A stretch of 64,000 nt of DNA, from contig NIVC01001024.1 of assembly GCA_002269645.1 (NCBI GenBank), positions 124,001 to 188,000 on the forward strand, written 5' to 3'. The position numbers were made by a program, and so were the translations under genes. The notes beneath the pieces were generated by a model. The model ran no database searches and was not told where the DNA came from. It saw nothing but the letters and a program-made list of their open reading frames with translations. Source of the stretch: Macrostomum lignano (lineage: Eukaryota). Shown in pieces: positions 50,874 to 64,000 of this stretch (position 1 is its first letter; the number at the start of each line of letters is the position of its first letter).

Positions 50874-51189
50874 CTGGAATGAGAAACCATCGTTAGCCTG
50901 TTTAATCTGATGAAAAATCTTACTTCACAATACAAGACCTAAAAGAATTTCACAACCACCTACAAGCAAAGTGTTTGCACACAATCTGATGCAATATTCT
51001 TGCTTACTGGAACCATAAAAAGATTTGAAGTAACAGTTTTAATAGTTTATTTTCATGTACTTGCAGATGAACTTACATGTACGAGTGAAATACAAAAGCA
51101 TCAAAAAATTGTTTTGATTTTTTGATTTGAAAGACAATAAGGGCACATAGCTCGTAAAAGGGGCAAATTAATCATCAAGACAATGTGCA

Positions 51190-51560
51190 GATAGGGGCGG
51201 AAATTATAGAGACAAGGGCGGATAGGGGCGGAAAACATCGAAACAAGGGGCGGATAGCAGTGGATAGGGGCGGAAATCATCTAGACAAGGGGCGGATAGG
51301 AGCGGATAGGGGCGGAAATCATCTAGACAAGGGGCGGATAGGAGCGGATAGGGGCGGAAATCATCTAGACAAGGGGCGATAGGGGCGGAAATCATCTAGA
51401 CAAGGGGCGGAAATCATCTAGACAAGGGGCGGAAATCATCTAGACAAGGGGCGGATAGGGGCGGAAATCATCTAGACAAGGGGCGGATAGGAGCGGATAG
51501 GGGCGGAAATCATCTAGACAAGCGGCGGATAGGAGCGGATAGGGGCGGGAATCATCATGC
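51190..51560. repeat. Minisatellite ggatagggcggaaatcatctagacaagggg-type
   Basis: Direct reading. Confidence 0.9.
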
Positions 51561-51609
51561 CAAGGGGCGGATAATCACGAACAAGTTTGAATATTGTTGA
51601 ACAGCAAAT

Positions 51610-52095
51610 TCAACCGGCAGACTCCAGTTTCGCCTTCTCAATAAGGTCGGCCAGCTCAGAGTGTCCGGCCTCGGCCGCCCTACCAGCCGGACACCGTCCA
51701 TCTGCGTCCAGCGCATCAGGTTTGGCGCCGCGCGCCAACAACAAGCGCGCGCAATCCAATCTACCGGTAATTGCGGCGCGATGCAGAGGCGTAGCGGCGC
51801 CGGAGCGAGTTGGCGCATTGGGATCGGCGCCAGCATCCAGGAGGTACTCGCACACGCCAAGGTGCCCAGCCCTGCAGGCATAGTGCAGGGCGGTGTACCC
51901 GCCGGAGTCTCTGGCATCCACGCAGGCGCGCTTGCGACCGTCGGCGCCTTCAACGAGGCGTTTCAGTCGGGGCAGGTCGCCAGTCAGAGCGGCTGACCAG
52001 ACGCCGCGATCGAAGTCCAACTCGGAGAGGCTCTGCACCACCGATGGGGCGGTGGCGCTGCCTCCGGAGCAGCCGCAGCTACCAGCTGGGTGCAT
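51610..52095 (-). CDS. ANKRD39: Ankyrin repeat domain-containing protein 39-like
   Basis: QSLSELDFDRGVWSAALTGDL, GYTALHYACRAGH, ATPLHRAA match the ANKRD39 pattern. Confidence 0.85.
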   Translation of the reverse strand: MHPAGSCGCSGGSATAPSVVQSLSELDFDRGVWSAALTGDLPRLKRLVEGADGRKRACVDARDSGGYTALHYACRAGHLGVCEYLLDAGADPNAPTRSGAATPLHRAAITGRLDCARLLLARGAKPDALDADGRCPAGRAAEAGHSELADLIEKAKLESAG

Positions 52096-52129
52096 TGCGA
52101 TTGAGAGGGGCTGCAGGAGACGAGAGAGC

Positions 52130-52620
52130 GGAAATCATGTGGATTTGGGGCGGATAAGGGGGAGGAAATCATGTGGATTTGGGGTGGAAATCATGTGGAT
52201 TTGGGGCGGATAAGGGGGAGGAAATCGTGTGGATTTAAAATGGAAATCATGTGGATTTGGGGTGGAAATCATGTGGATTTGGGGTGGAAATAATGTGGAT
52301 TTGGGGTGGAAATAATGTGGATTTGGGGTGGAAATAATGTGGATTTGGGGTGGAAATAATGTGGATTTGGGGTGGAAATAATGTGGATTTAGGGTGGAAA
52401 TAATGTGGATTTAGGGTGGAAATAATGTGGATTTAGGGTGGAAATAATGTGGATTTAGGGCGCATAAGGGGGTGGAAATCACATGGCTTTAGGTTGGATA
52501 GGGGTGAAAATCATGTGGATTTGGGGCAGATAAAGGGTAAAAATTATATGGATGTGTGGTGGATAAGGATTCCAGAGATAATCTAGAGATGTAAGGCAGA
52601 TAGGGGCATCATGTAGATGT
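52130..52620. repeat. 21-bp minisatellite ggaaataatgtggatttgggg-type
   Basis: Direct reading. Confidence 0.88.
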
Positions 52621-54234
52621 GGGATGGAAATCATTCAGACATGGGTAGATTAGGATTGAGAAATTTGTTTCAATAAATTATCAATCAAATAGAAGCAATA
52701 GGCAATATTTATTTTAATATAATGGGAATTGAAAACAACAAACAGAATAGCAACTCATTCAAGATTTTTTTCATTTAAAATAAAATAATTTGATATGCAT
52801 TTATCTATAGGCCTAGTTTTATCTATCAAAATATTTACAATTATATTTATTTATAATATTCTGTTTGCCTAATTTTATATTTATGATCCAATTTTTGCAT
52901 TAGCTTAAACTAAATCACTTGTTAGACTCAAAATTTTATATCCTAGGGCCTAGTTAAAATTTGGTCAAGATTTGAATAATCCAAAAAATATAATATTATA
53001 CATAAGACTAATATATCTTAATATTAGGCCTTATCTAAGCACCATTAGCTTTAGATATAAGCTATAATAGATACTAATAAGTTTATGAAAAAATCTAAAA
53101 ATGTTTATATTTGCTTTAAATGTGATACTATAATATATATAAGGCAATATTTATTAAAGTTCTCACATTTAAATAATTATACAAACATATTAGGCAAATA
53201 CCAAATATTATATTTTATTTTCAGTTAGCCATTTGGTCAAATTAATTTTAATTAACTATATAGAATTATGGTATAAATAAGAGTTAGCATTGAGATAAAA
53301 AACAAATTTATAATCACTGGCTTATTTGATTTGATAATCTTCACTATTTAGATATATATAAACTTAATGATAACAACTAGGGGCCTAGCCTCAATTTCAA
53401 AGACACAAATAATGATAATTCTATATTAATCTTGATTCTTTTAAGACAATAACCAAGATTATTAAATATCCATATAGGCCCTAACTTGAAAGAATTAATA
53501 CATATTTTGAAATTATATAATTAGACTAAGCAATCTAATAAATTGCCTTAGCTTAGCGCTTAGTTCAACCAAATATATCTGTAGTAGGGCAGTATTTTAG
53601 GAATGGGAATTAGTAGCGAAGCAGATATGCTTTTCGCCTACTGTCAGTAGTTTAGGTTTGGGAAAGTAATTAGAGCGGGGGAAAATCGCTAGTTTTCGGG
53701 ATTCTCTAGAAGTATAGAACAGTTTGGGGTTTGGGAAAGTAGCCTTGTGAGTTAGTTTTATTTTCGCTGGCTGGCAAAGAGATCTCAGAAATTAGGAAGG
53801 TAAGAGGCAGGGAATATTGGGAAAAGTTTTTAAGTAAAACTGTCAAGGTAGTTGATGCCGAAGCAGTACACATACAGGTAGTCGATGCCTGACATTTTGC
53901 ACCAACCATTGCATGCTATCTTCATTTTTTTTGTTTTCTTTGAAGTATAAAACTTTTGTTAAATAATTCGGTTTTCCTGAGTCAATCCTTTGTCTCTACA
54001 ATAATAGGACTAGGGAAACAGGAAGCCTGGTGGCAGCGATTCTACCAAATCTCAATTCAGTACAGCAGACAATAATCCACTAGTAAAATCCTTAGCAATA
54101 GAAACCAGTAGCCTAAACCACAGGTACCACGCTTGTCCATATCTAATATCTATTAAAAAAGCCATAGCCTATAATCTTTTACTCCCGATAATCTAGATTA
54201 AAATATACATGGTATTTTACTCTTAATATACTAC

Positions 54235-54529
54235 CATACATGCGCAACCTCCAAAATTCGGTCGGCCATGCGACTTAGTTTTAACAAAAATGCGACATTG
54301 GACATAGTTTTTGGCCAAAAATGCGACTTACATGTAAAAAAACCCTAACGCAAAATTAGGGTAAACGGCAGGAGTAACTATTACTGTCTTATTAGGTCAA
54401 AATGCCTCATCAGCTACTTAGTACTACTACTTTGGTATTTTTTTGGGTGGGCATTTTTGCGACTTCCTTGGTTGGCCGCCAAATCGGTCGGCCAGATCGG
54501 CTGACTCGGCCGACTGTTGCGCATGCATG
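54235..54529. mobile_element. hAT-type MITE
   Basis: 14-bp TIR catacatgcgcaac / gttgcgcatgcatg (1 mismatch); 8-bp TSD tatactac at 54227-54234 and 54530-54537. Confidence 0.85.
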
Positions 54530-54629
54530 TATACTACCAGAAGTATATTGTGTTCTATTTTCATAGGTGTATACACAAGAAAATAATCATCTTAATTAAG
54601 ACATTACATTGGTAGCATCTAATAATAGA

Positions 54630-55390
54630 TATACTACTATCTATGGTATAGAAGAATAATAGGCATTCTTTTCAAATCATTCATTAAACTATTCTTTCAA
54701 CACTTTTTGCATTTTCTTCACTTTAAAAGCTGATTTTAACATGTTTGGACATCCCCCAAGCTATTAAAACAGTAAAATTAACAACTTTGTTTTTTAAGCA
54801 CTTTTTGCCATCTTTAGAAATTCCTAACAATTTCCAATAATTCGAGGGCAGCCTCCTGGCATGGTGGCAAAACTTAATGGTTGGTTACTAGTCTTAGCAA
54901 GAACTAATTAGCAGCAAAAACATAAAGTCTGAGTGCTCAGACTTCCCCTCCCTCTAACCAACTTATCCCTTTAGACCATAGACACTCCCAACAAGAATCA
55001 GTGCCATGTCAAACAATATGTGCATGCTGGATTTGTACTTTTTGTTTTGCAATTCAGCCTCATACTTTTCAGGTAGCCAACTCCCTTTGTCTACTATGCT
55101 CTTTCCCATAGACAATCCCAGCTGTTGATTTACCACAGATATTTTAGCTTTGAACCTGTTCGCTATTGTGGTATAAATACATGTTTAACTTGCACCCTTA
55201 ACTTCTTTTTTGCCCTACTCAGTCTAGAGATTGAAAAAAGTGCTTAAAAAACAAACTTGTTAATTTCAATGTTTTAATAGCTTAGGGGATATCCAAACAT
55301 GCTAAAATCAGCTTCTAAAGTGGAAAAAACATAAAAAAACATGTATAGAAGAATGCCAAATATTATTCTCTTTATAACATAGACATAGAC
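54630..55390. mobile_element. Foldback element with about 200-bp diverged inverted arms
   Basis: 54700-54815 (aaaagctgattttaacatgtttggacatcccccaagctattaaaac...aagcacttttt) is the reverse complement of 55230-55325. Confidence 0.65.
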
Positions 55391-56829
55391 CAATCTGGCA
55401 ATCACTTCTATTGCAAATCATAAAAATAAAAAAGGGATGAACTTTTGACAAAAAAAGTTCAAGATAGATAGAAATAAAAATTGAATTCCCTAAACCCAAA
55501 ATAATTAAAAGTACTACAACCACAACTACTGAACTACTGCAAGATAAAAACTTAGTCATTGATTAAGAACATATTGGAAATTAATTTAAAAAGAAACGTT
55601 TGATCTTTTTAATCAATTAAGGACGATAAGTACTGTTTAGAGATTAATTAATACTCATTAATATCCTTATCCATTTTAGTTACTTATAGCCTTATTAAGT
55701 AATTACATTACATTCCTTTTTATAATTATATAGGATTGGCTATATTATATATCCTTATTATAAAGGAAGATTAATATAAATATAATAAGGTCATCATACT
55801 GCAATTCGTCATATTATTACTATTGATATTGATTATTTAGCTTTCCACCTAAATTTAAATACTGCAAGAGTTTGATTGAAAGCACGTGTCTCGTGATCCC
55901 ACTGGCCCACTGACCCACTCCCTGAACATGTCTTGGAAAAATCTTAATTTAAATTTTGTGAACAAGATGTACACTATGAAAGTAGTTAAAACAAAACGCA
56001 AAATAGCATTATATAAAAAATATTCTCCTTGGTTTTTGTACTTATTTTTCTTACACTTATTTTTTCGCGAATCAAAAAGCAAAAAAATTCGGAGTATACT
56101 TCTCAAAGTTCAATGTATTTTATTTAGTGGTTAACGCACCATAGGCACGATATTTATTTATCATTTATTTCAGGTTAAAAACACTCAGATTATCTTTACC
56201 CCCAATCGGGCAGAAAAGCAAAATACATGCGAATTTCAATCTATTGTTTCATTTATCAATGTAGATGGAGGGCCTGGTGTACTTTTGTACGAAGGGGCTG
56301 TGCATCATGATCGAATTTCGATCATGCAGCAGCGCCATTGACAGATGGACCTTCTCATTTGGACCTCGTACTAATTTCCAATACGTTAGCAAGGATCACT
56401 ATTTTTGTTCCTTGGCACTTAGTTTACGAGGAATGTATACTACTTAGGATTGAACAACTGCAGGGTATATACATATCATGTACACGTGCAGCTGCCAGTG
56501 TATGTAACGCATGTAAACCCGAGCTACATGTATAGTACATGTATTAAACAAATGTAAAGTTTAGATTTAGGTTTGGTGCAAAATACTGGTTTACATTCAG
56601 ACGGGATTCCATGCACGAGTCGCAATTTAAACTGTCGAAGGAAGATATGTCTTCCGCATAGTGACAAAGTATTCTTAAATGCCAGGCAGCATGCACCGCG
56701 GTTGCATCCTCTCGAATTTTGCCTCCATGGCTATTAATCTTACACATGGCTGCAGATTTTTGTCCTACTGTAAAATAGCAACAATTGGTTTGCCGTGTTC
56801 AACTAATTTATTTAAATTACAAAAATAGA

Positions 56830-57607
<778 letters not shown>

Positions 57608-58028
57608 AAAAGCAGTTAGCAACTAGCTATCCATCTACTAAGTGTATCAAACAAAAGTGAGTCTACTCTATCATTTGTACTTTTAACTCTGTGTACCTGA
57701 AACACACTTCGCCATTCGGGAATGTACAACACTGCTCCGACCCTTTTGTCTCTTTCACGATGCCCTCTTATACTCTTTCTTTCCACTTTCTGCCTGTGGT
57801 CTCGTCCACGCCGAATACCAGTATGCATTCGCAAGAAACTGTGGTATCCAATCGGAGAGTTGCAGTTATGAATTCTCGCTTTCCAGAATAAGGTCTACAG
57901 TTGACACCGTAGCCCTATTTATTGAACTTGCGCGCCGTAGAGTACAGAGTAAAAAGATTTTTTTTTCAATGCTGTGAGCTTTAATTGCTGCATTGTCTTG
58001 CTGAAGCGACAACAGGTAATTTGAAGAC

Positions 58029-59746
58029 ATGAGCTCGACATACGAAGATCACTCCTGCTCGTGCTCCGGCATCACCAGTTCTCGCAACTGGCACATGGCA
58101 ATGTCGGAGCTGCTGGGAACTTTTCTGCTGGTGTCTCTCGGCCTGTCTGCCGCTGCCACGGCCGCCCTGTCAGCCCCAGCCACCGCTCAGCTGGGCTCCG
58201 GCTTGGCTCTGGTTGTGGCTCTCTACGTAACCATGGGAGCCTCTGGGGGGCACATCAATCCGGCCGTCTCAACAGCCCTGTTCGCTGTGAAACGCATGTC
58301 TCTGGCCGACTTCCTGCTCTACCAGACTGCACAGTACACCGGAGGCCTGCTGGCTGCAGCTCTTGTCTGCTGCTTCTTCTATCCACCTCTGCTGGACTTC
58401 GAGACCGCCAAGATTGCGTCCTCAGCCGTTGCGGGCAACGCAGGTAACATCACCGAGGCGGCAGCGAATGTTGCGTCGACTTTTGCTGCACATTCTGCTG
58501 CGGAACAAATGGAGGCAATCTACGTGACGCATGCGCATCAGAGTGTGTCCTTGTGGCGTGCTTTGTCTAGCGAGGTGAGAGAACTGAGGTGTTGAATCTG
58601 GGTACGAGTACATACTGTATCCGTGCTCAAGGGTCAGAGCAGAGGCGTCGCCATGGATTATATGGTGGGGGGACAAAGCTAAGAATTCTACATGTACATG
58701 TACGCTTGTACATATTATTTTTAGAATCGGTGTTGTCAGCGCTCAGTGCTTATTTTGGCGCCGCAGGCAATCATTTTGGCGCTACAGGCACTCATTTTAG
58801 CGCCAACTAATTTTAGCGCCACAGGCACTTTTTTGGCGCCGCAGGCACTCATATTAGCGCCTACTCATTTTGGCGCCACAGACACCCATTTTAGCGCCGC
58901 AGGAACTATCTTTTGTCACCTTGAAGCAAAATTATTGATTTTCAAAACGGGTCATGAGGTTCGGTGAGGGGGGAGGAGGTGCTGACAAAGCATTTGGAAT
59001 GTCCCCCCCCCTACAAATTTTACTAAGGTCAGAGGATGACTGCATGGCCTCCTGTTGACGGGGCGAGGCCTATGACGTCATAGACCTAAATTTGACAGAC
59101 GCGCTTCCAACCAACCCCGCAGGTGTTCGCCACCGGCTCTTTCATCCTGGCCGTCCGTGGCATCACCGACAACCGCAACGCTGGGCCGCCGCTGTACCTG
59201 CAGCCGCCGATGATCGCGGCAACGGTCCTGGCGCTCACCCTGTGCACCGCGCCTCTGTCCGGCTGTTCGTTGAACCCCGCTCGCGACCTGCCGTCCAGAA
59301 TCGTTGTCGCCGTGTTTCAACTGGCCGTGGACGGCTGCACAACCGGCCTCTTTAGTCTTGGCGGCAGCTCCAGCTTCGTGGCACCGCTGATCGGTCCGTA
59401 CCTTGGCGCAGCCGTGGGCTCCTGGCTCTACGAGTTGTGCATCACCCGTGGACTGAAGGCGTCCTTGGCGGCTGCAAATGACCAGCTACAGCGTGAGTCA
59501 GACGGCAAAATCGATCCAAAGGACGACTTGGAAGATTCGGACGATTTAAAGGAAACTCGACCCAACGGGGATTCGGACAACCTGGACAGCAGCGAAGGTC
59601 CGGATCCCAACCCTAACGCTGCAGACAGCAAGCGACGTAGACAGCAGCCTCGAAAGCGAGTGGCTACTAAGGACACCGAACTGAGTCTGCTTGAAAACTC
59701 GGAAGGCAAAAGCCGTGACGTCAGTGTTTCACTTTACAATGCTTGA
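58029..59746 (+). CDS. Aquaglyceroporin (AQP3/7/9/10-like MIP), 2 exons
   Basis: Exons 58029-58574 and 59123-59746 (GAG|GTGAGA...CCGCAG|GTG). SELLGTF, SGGHINPAVS, SLNPARDL, APLIGPYLGA. The D after the second NPA-R is the glyceroporin signature. Confidence 0.88.
58627..59030 (+). mobile_element. MITE-like element in the aquaporin intron with internal ttttggcgcc repeats
   Basis: Homologous to 45600-46162 (reverse) and 60415-60600. Confidence 0.55.
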
Positions 59747-60974
59747 ATAATTCATAGTGCAGAACTCAAAAGATGTTCAGATAGCTACGTCTGAGACTAT
59801 TCACTGTAAATTGTCATTTTCCTACCCAACTGCTCAACACAGTCAAGTTTTAGGCAACTACAGTAAGCTTTAAAATTTCTCTCAACCTAGAAGACGATAT
59901 AATAGAATAGAAAATTCGAGCAAAGTCTTTTTTAAAAAGAAGAACTGCAGCTCTTAGGTAGATGAACTCGCGACCATAAGGCACCGCTTTTTATTGCTAT
60001 GAAAGTTTTATACTAAACTGCTTAAAGGGTCGTAGCTGCATGCATTGTCTGTTCGCGCGTAGTAGAGAGAAAGATAAACTGGAACACACGAATTATAACA
60101 AATGGATGAATGTCTTCTGCTAATGAATAAACGCTATAAACTTCTATTTAAAGTTTAGCCGAATAAAACAAATCTAATTTTGTTATAATTTATTACTATT
60201 ACAGCAGCATCAATTTGAGTGTGTTTTCAAAATTATCAACCAATATAAGATTTAAATTAAATTACCGCAATAAAAGCTCGAACGTTAATACGGAACGTTA
60301 ACTAGAAAATGAAAACTAAAAAATACGATTCAAATTCTGTGGCCGAGTGTCTACTAGAAGTAGGCTGCTTCAAACTTTGAAGTTTTTTCTCATTATAAGT
60401 TTTAAAGACGCTCATTTTGGCGCCGCAGGCACTCATTTTTGCAGGCGCCGTAGGCACTTATTTTGGCGCCGCAGACATTCATTTTGGCGCCAAAGGAGCT
60501 GTATTTTGGCGCCCTGAAAGAAAATTATTGATTTTCATAACGGGTCACAAGATGCAGGGGTCGACAAAGCCCCTGCTCAAAGGGAGTATGCAGCGTCCTC
60601 ACCAGAATAAACATTGGTTTTCTGACCATTACTCGATGTACTTTCGCCTTGAGCTACATTTATCCCCCAGCTAAATTGAAAGTGCTCTGCGATTTGAGAA
60701 TCCCAACAGCTAATCAGGCAGATGAAAGAAGTTGCGCTATACGCAAAGTTCTGTTCTTTGCGAAAGGGCACCTCCGGCTTCTGAAATCCCCTGCATTGCT
60801 TGAAGCCAGCAGCTATTGCTGCATGTCCTTTTATGTTTTTTTCTCATTAAAGTCACCTCTTTCCTTAACTTTATGACGCTAATGAGTTTGACGTCATGTT
60901 TTTCAGCATTATGATTAACGCTACTATTGTGTAGATGGCCCCATTAATGTGTAGATTGGCCCAAAAATGTGTAG

Positions 60975-61570
60975 ATTGGCGTCACTAATGTCTATTTTAG
61001 CGTCACTAATGTCTAGTTTAGCGTCACTAATGTCTATTTTAGCGTCACTAATGTCTATTTTAGCGTCACTAATGTCTAGTTTAGCGTCACTAATGTCTAG
61101 TTTAGCGTCACTAATGTCTATTTTAGCGTCACTAATGTCTAGTTTAGCGTCACTAATGTCTAGTTTAGCGTCACTAATGTCTAGTTTAGTCACTAATGTC
61201 TATTTTAGCGTCACTAATGTCTATTTTAGCGTCATTAATGTCTAGTTTAGCGTCACTAATGTCTATTTTAGCGTCACTAATGTCTATTTTAGCGTCACAA
61301 ATATCTAGTTTAGTCACTAATGTCTATTTTAGCGTCACTAATGTCTATTTTAGCGTCATAAATATCTAGTTTAGTCACTAATGTCTATTTTAGCGTCACT
61401 AATGTCTATTTTAGCGTCACAAATATCTAGTTTAGTCACTAATGTCTATTTTAGCGTCACTAATGTCTATTTTAGCGTCACAAATATCTAGTTTAGTCAC
61501 TAATGTCTATTTTAGCGTCACTAATGTCTATTTTAGCGTCACAAATATCTAGTTTAGCGTCATTAATGTT
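60975..61570. repeat. 21-bp minisatellite
   Basis: gcgtcactaatgtctatttta / gcgtcactaatgtctagttta units. Confidence 0.93.
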
Positions 61571-62059
61571 TTCTGAACCTAATAAAGCTAATTAGGTAAC
61601 CCACTTTGAAATTTAACAGTTCATTCTCTATCATGAAAAGTGCAATTTGAGAGAAATTATTAGCTTTACTTAGTAGCAAACCGCGAGCATTACTGCATAT
61701 ACCAAATATGTTTGGCTTTTTTATTTACAATTAGCGGCCTCTTTACAAATTACAGCGTATTTGAAAATTAATTCAGCGTCCACGAACCGCAACGCGTGAA
61801 ATTCGGACTTGGAAAAATTTCATATTATTTTTCATTTTTTGTTCGCTAGTTCGGTCCACGCATTTATCACGCGGCGCAGTCGTGAAGGTCGATGCGATGA
61901 AACGATTAGAAGGTCAGAGAAACCTATAGAAAGTTAATACAGCGGTTCGCGGTCACGATTTCGCACTACATGTAACTAGAGTGTAATTAATTAACCAAAA
62001 TGTACCTTAAGAGACTTGAGATTTGTCTTTAACTAGAAACCCACGTGGTGTCAATGGAC

Positions 62060-63300
62060 AGTCCTGTCTTATAGTGTTAACACCTCTATCTCATAGTGTG
62101 GACACCTCTCTCATGGTGTGGACACGTCTGCCTTGGTGTGGACACTTCTGTTTTGTAATTTGAACACCTATTTTATAGTGTGGACAGTGTAGACATCTCC
62201 CTTATAGTGTGGACACTTCTGTCTTATAGTGTAGACACCTCTGTCTTATAGTGTAGACACCTCTGTCTTATAGTGAGTGGACACCTGTGTCTTATAGTGT
62301 TGACACTTCTTTCTTATAGTGTGGACACCTCTGTCTCCTGTGTGGAAATCCTATCTTATAGTGTGGGCACCTCTGTCTCCTAGTGTGGACAGTCCTGTCT
62401 TATAGTGTGGACACCTCTGTCTCCTAGTGTGGACAGTCCTGTCTTATAGTGTGGACACCTCTGTCTCCTAGTGTGGACAGTCCTGTCTTATAGTGTGGAC
62501 ACGTCTGTCTCCTAGTGTGGACAGTCCTGTCTTATAGTGTGGACACCTCTGTCTCCTAGTGTGGACAGTCCTGTCTTATAGTGTGGACACCTCTGTCTCC
62601 TAGTGTGGACAGTCCTGTCTTATAGTGTGGACACGTCTGTCTCCTAGTGTGGACAGTCCTGTCTTATAGTGTGGACACCTCTGTCTCCTAGTGTGGAAAT
62701 CCTGTCTTATAGTGTGGACACCTCTGTCTCCTAGTGTGGAAATCCTGTCTTATAGTGTGGACACCTCTGTCTCCTAGTGTGGACAGTCCTGTCTTATAGT
62801 GTGGAAGTCCTGTCTTATAGTGTGGACACCTCTGTCTCCTAGTGTGGAAGTCCTGTCTTATAGTGTGGAAGTCCTGTCTTATAGTGTGGAAGTCCTGTCT
62901 TATAGTGTGGAAGTCCTGTCTTATAGTGTGGAAGTCCTGTCTTATAGTGTGGAAGTCCTGTCTTATAGTGTGGAAGTCCTGTCTTATAGTGTGGAAGTCC
63001 TGTCTTATAGTGTGGACACCTCTGTCTCCTAGTGTGGAAATCCTGTCTTATAGTGTGGAAATCCTATCTTATAGTGTGGACACCTCTGTCTCCTAGTGTG
63101 GACAGTCCTGTCTTATAGTGTGGACACCTCTGTCTCCTAGTGTGGACAGTCCTGTCTTATAGTGTGGACACCTCTGTCTCCTAGTGTGGACAGTCCTGTC
63201 TTATAGTGTGGACACCTCTGTCTCCTAGTGTGGACAGTCCTGTCTTATAGTGTGGACACCTCTGTCTCCTAGTGTGGACAGTCCTGTCTTATAGTGAATG
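62060..63300. repeat. Minisatellite with 22+22-bp higher-order unit and a central 21-bp monomer run
   Basis: gtgtggacacctctgtctccta + gtgtggacagtcctgtcttata; gtgtggaagtcctgtcttata run at about 62840-63010. Confidence 0.93.
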
Positions 63301-63584
63301 GATGCGTGGACACGTCTGTCTCTATAATGTGGACACTCTGTGTGTGACATCCCAGAGTTCTAGTGTGGACGCACTGCCGTAGCAATCCAGAACTTGAATT
63401 ATTGTTAATACATAAACTATGAGTAATAATTGTAATTAAAAATGCCAACCCAACATTCCTAATGACCGATAAATGATAAAAATGATGAGCAATAGTCATA
63501 CCACAGTACTTCATCTCTGACCAGAGCAGAAAAAATTACTAACACAATGCGCATGCACAAACATTAAACTTGTATCAACAAGCT

Positions 63585-63931
63585 CTAAGCAGCATCGCGA
63601 CAAACATGATCAGCGGAACAACACGAGCTTGACAGCGACAAGCGACAATGTTCATCGTCGATGTCTTCATCATTGTCAGAGCAGTCGTCGCAATAGTCGA
63701 TTTGAACTGTTGTCGATGACTGCTGCACCTGTGTCGGCGGCGGAGGTGATGGCAGCTTCTTGCTCGGAGGTGGATCGCAGCCCAGCCAGCTGAGGCACAT
63801 CAGCAGCAGAATAAGCAACACTGTCGCCATGGAAACAGCGATCCAAGCTCCGGAATCTGGTGCACCGTAGATCCGACCCAGCTCAAGCATGCTTGGCTGA
63901 GTGGACGGTCGCGGGCTCGACTCTGCTGATC
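63585..63931 (-). CDS. Terminal exon of a single-pass membrane protein; upstream exons lie outside the window
   Basis: Acceptor gcttacag, hydrophobic segment AWIAVSMATVLLILLLMCLSWL, Pro-rich then acidic/Cys tail. Confidence 0.5.
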
Positions 63932-64000
63932 CTGTAAGCCTCTTTGCACTCATTAATCATTTACTGGTAAGAGTCGTCTTAGAACTCTTGAGACTCTTCA

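Noticed and set aside
62060-63300. CRISPR-like regular alternation here and at 28195-29335
   Set aside because: The intervening segments are themselves repeated, with no unique spacers and no cas genes; the context is eukaryotic.

Overview
Animal (invertebrate-type) nuclear DNA: spliceosomal GT-AG introns, tRNA-derived SINEs, MITEs and very abundant micro/minisatellites. No prokaryotic features and no CRISPR. Host genes: an intronless B-box/coiled-coil (TRIM-like) ORF, RASL10-like GTPase, a 4-exon secreted PAN-like + ALK/LTK-type glycine-rich protein, a 19-exon GABA-B receptor (R2-like), ANKRD39-like, an aquaglyceroporin and a terminal exon at the right edge. The standout is a ~10.8 kb block (2281-13060) bracketed by a 129/127-bp direct repeat. 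It holds an internally deleted Crypton-like element and a ~9 kb unit with two intron-containing genes: a CRESS/parvovirus-type SF3 helicase and a C2H2-finger tyrosine recombinase carrying one in-frame TGA. The unit is studded with related GCACAATTT motifs and two near-identical perfect palindromes, and I see no capsid or polymerase gene. I do not recognise it as a named animal transposon or virus family; it looks like a capsid-less integrating replicon. All domain calls are by eye from motifs; no searches were run.
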